A DNA stretch of 63,949 nucleotides, the filler included, from Kipferlia bialata (taxonomy: Eukaryota), in NCBI GenBank assembly GCA_003568945.1. It is 8 parts of 8 records of this genome, joined end to end, with 100 filler letters (N's around TTAATTAATTAA, not from the genome) between each part and the next. Parts side by side here need not be neighbours in the genome. Positions count along the whole stretch, not along the records: positions 62,647 to 63,949 come from BDIP01001392.1; 7 more parts are not named here. The stretch is one strand, 5' to 3'. The notes under the pieces are model-generated. The model made no database searches, was not told where the DNA came from, and saw only the letters and a list, made by a program, of their open reading frames with translations. Shown here one piece after another: positions 63,933 through 63,949 of this stretch. Position 1 is the first letter of the stretch. Every line of letters starts with the position of its first letter. Made by a program: the position numbers and the translations under genes.

Positions 63933-63949
63933 CCCCCCCCCCCCCCCCC

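Overview
Eukaryotic, very intron-rich protist DNA. The fused branch point/3' splice site (yTnAC-N3..5-YAG), (GA)n/(TA)n-rich introns and gene content suggest a free-living fornicate such as Kipferlia bialata (inference, not verified). The window is a concatenation of 8 unrelated contigs joined by 100-nt N44-TTAATTAATTAA-N44 spacers, so the ORF track is mostly noise. Hand-splicing gives: an axonemal dynein heavy chain C-terminus, TBC1D22/Gyp1 RabGAP, Rac, TRM112, MO25, a COMMD2-like protein, a PAC1-like chaperone, an RBM25-like RRM protein, kelch, TPR and F-box proteins, a CUB-like membrane protein, a bacterial-type methyltransferase, one intact cyclic-nucleotide phosphodiesterase and one with its metal ligands lost. 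Two sequence-level patterns stand out. (1) 'Exon echoes': dozens of half-exon copies, each carrying a splice site, are stacked inside introns next to the real exon and differ from it mostly at synonymous sites. (2) At least 13 X-n-revcomp(X)-n-X triple palindromes match the geometry of hairpin-type (hAT 8-bp / Mutator 9-bp TSD) excision footprints and cluster in echo-free regions.
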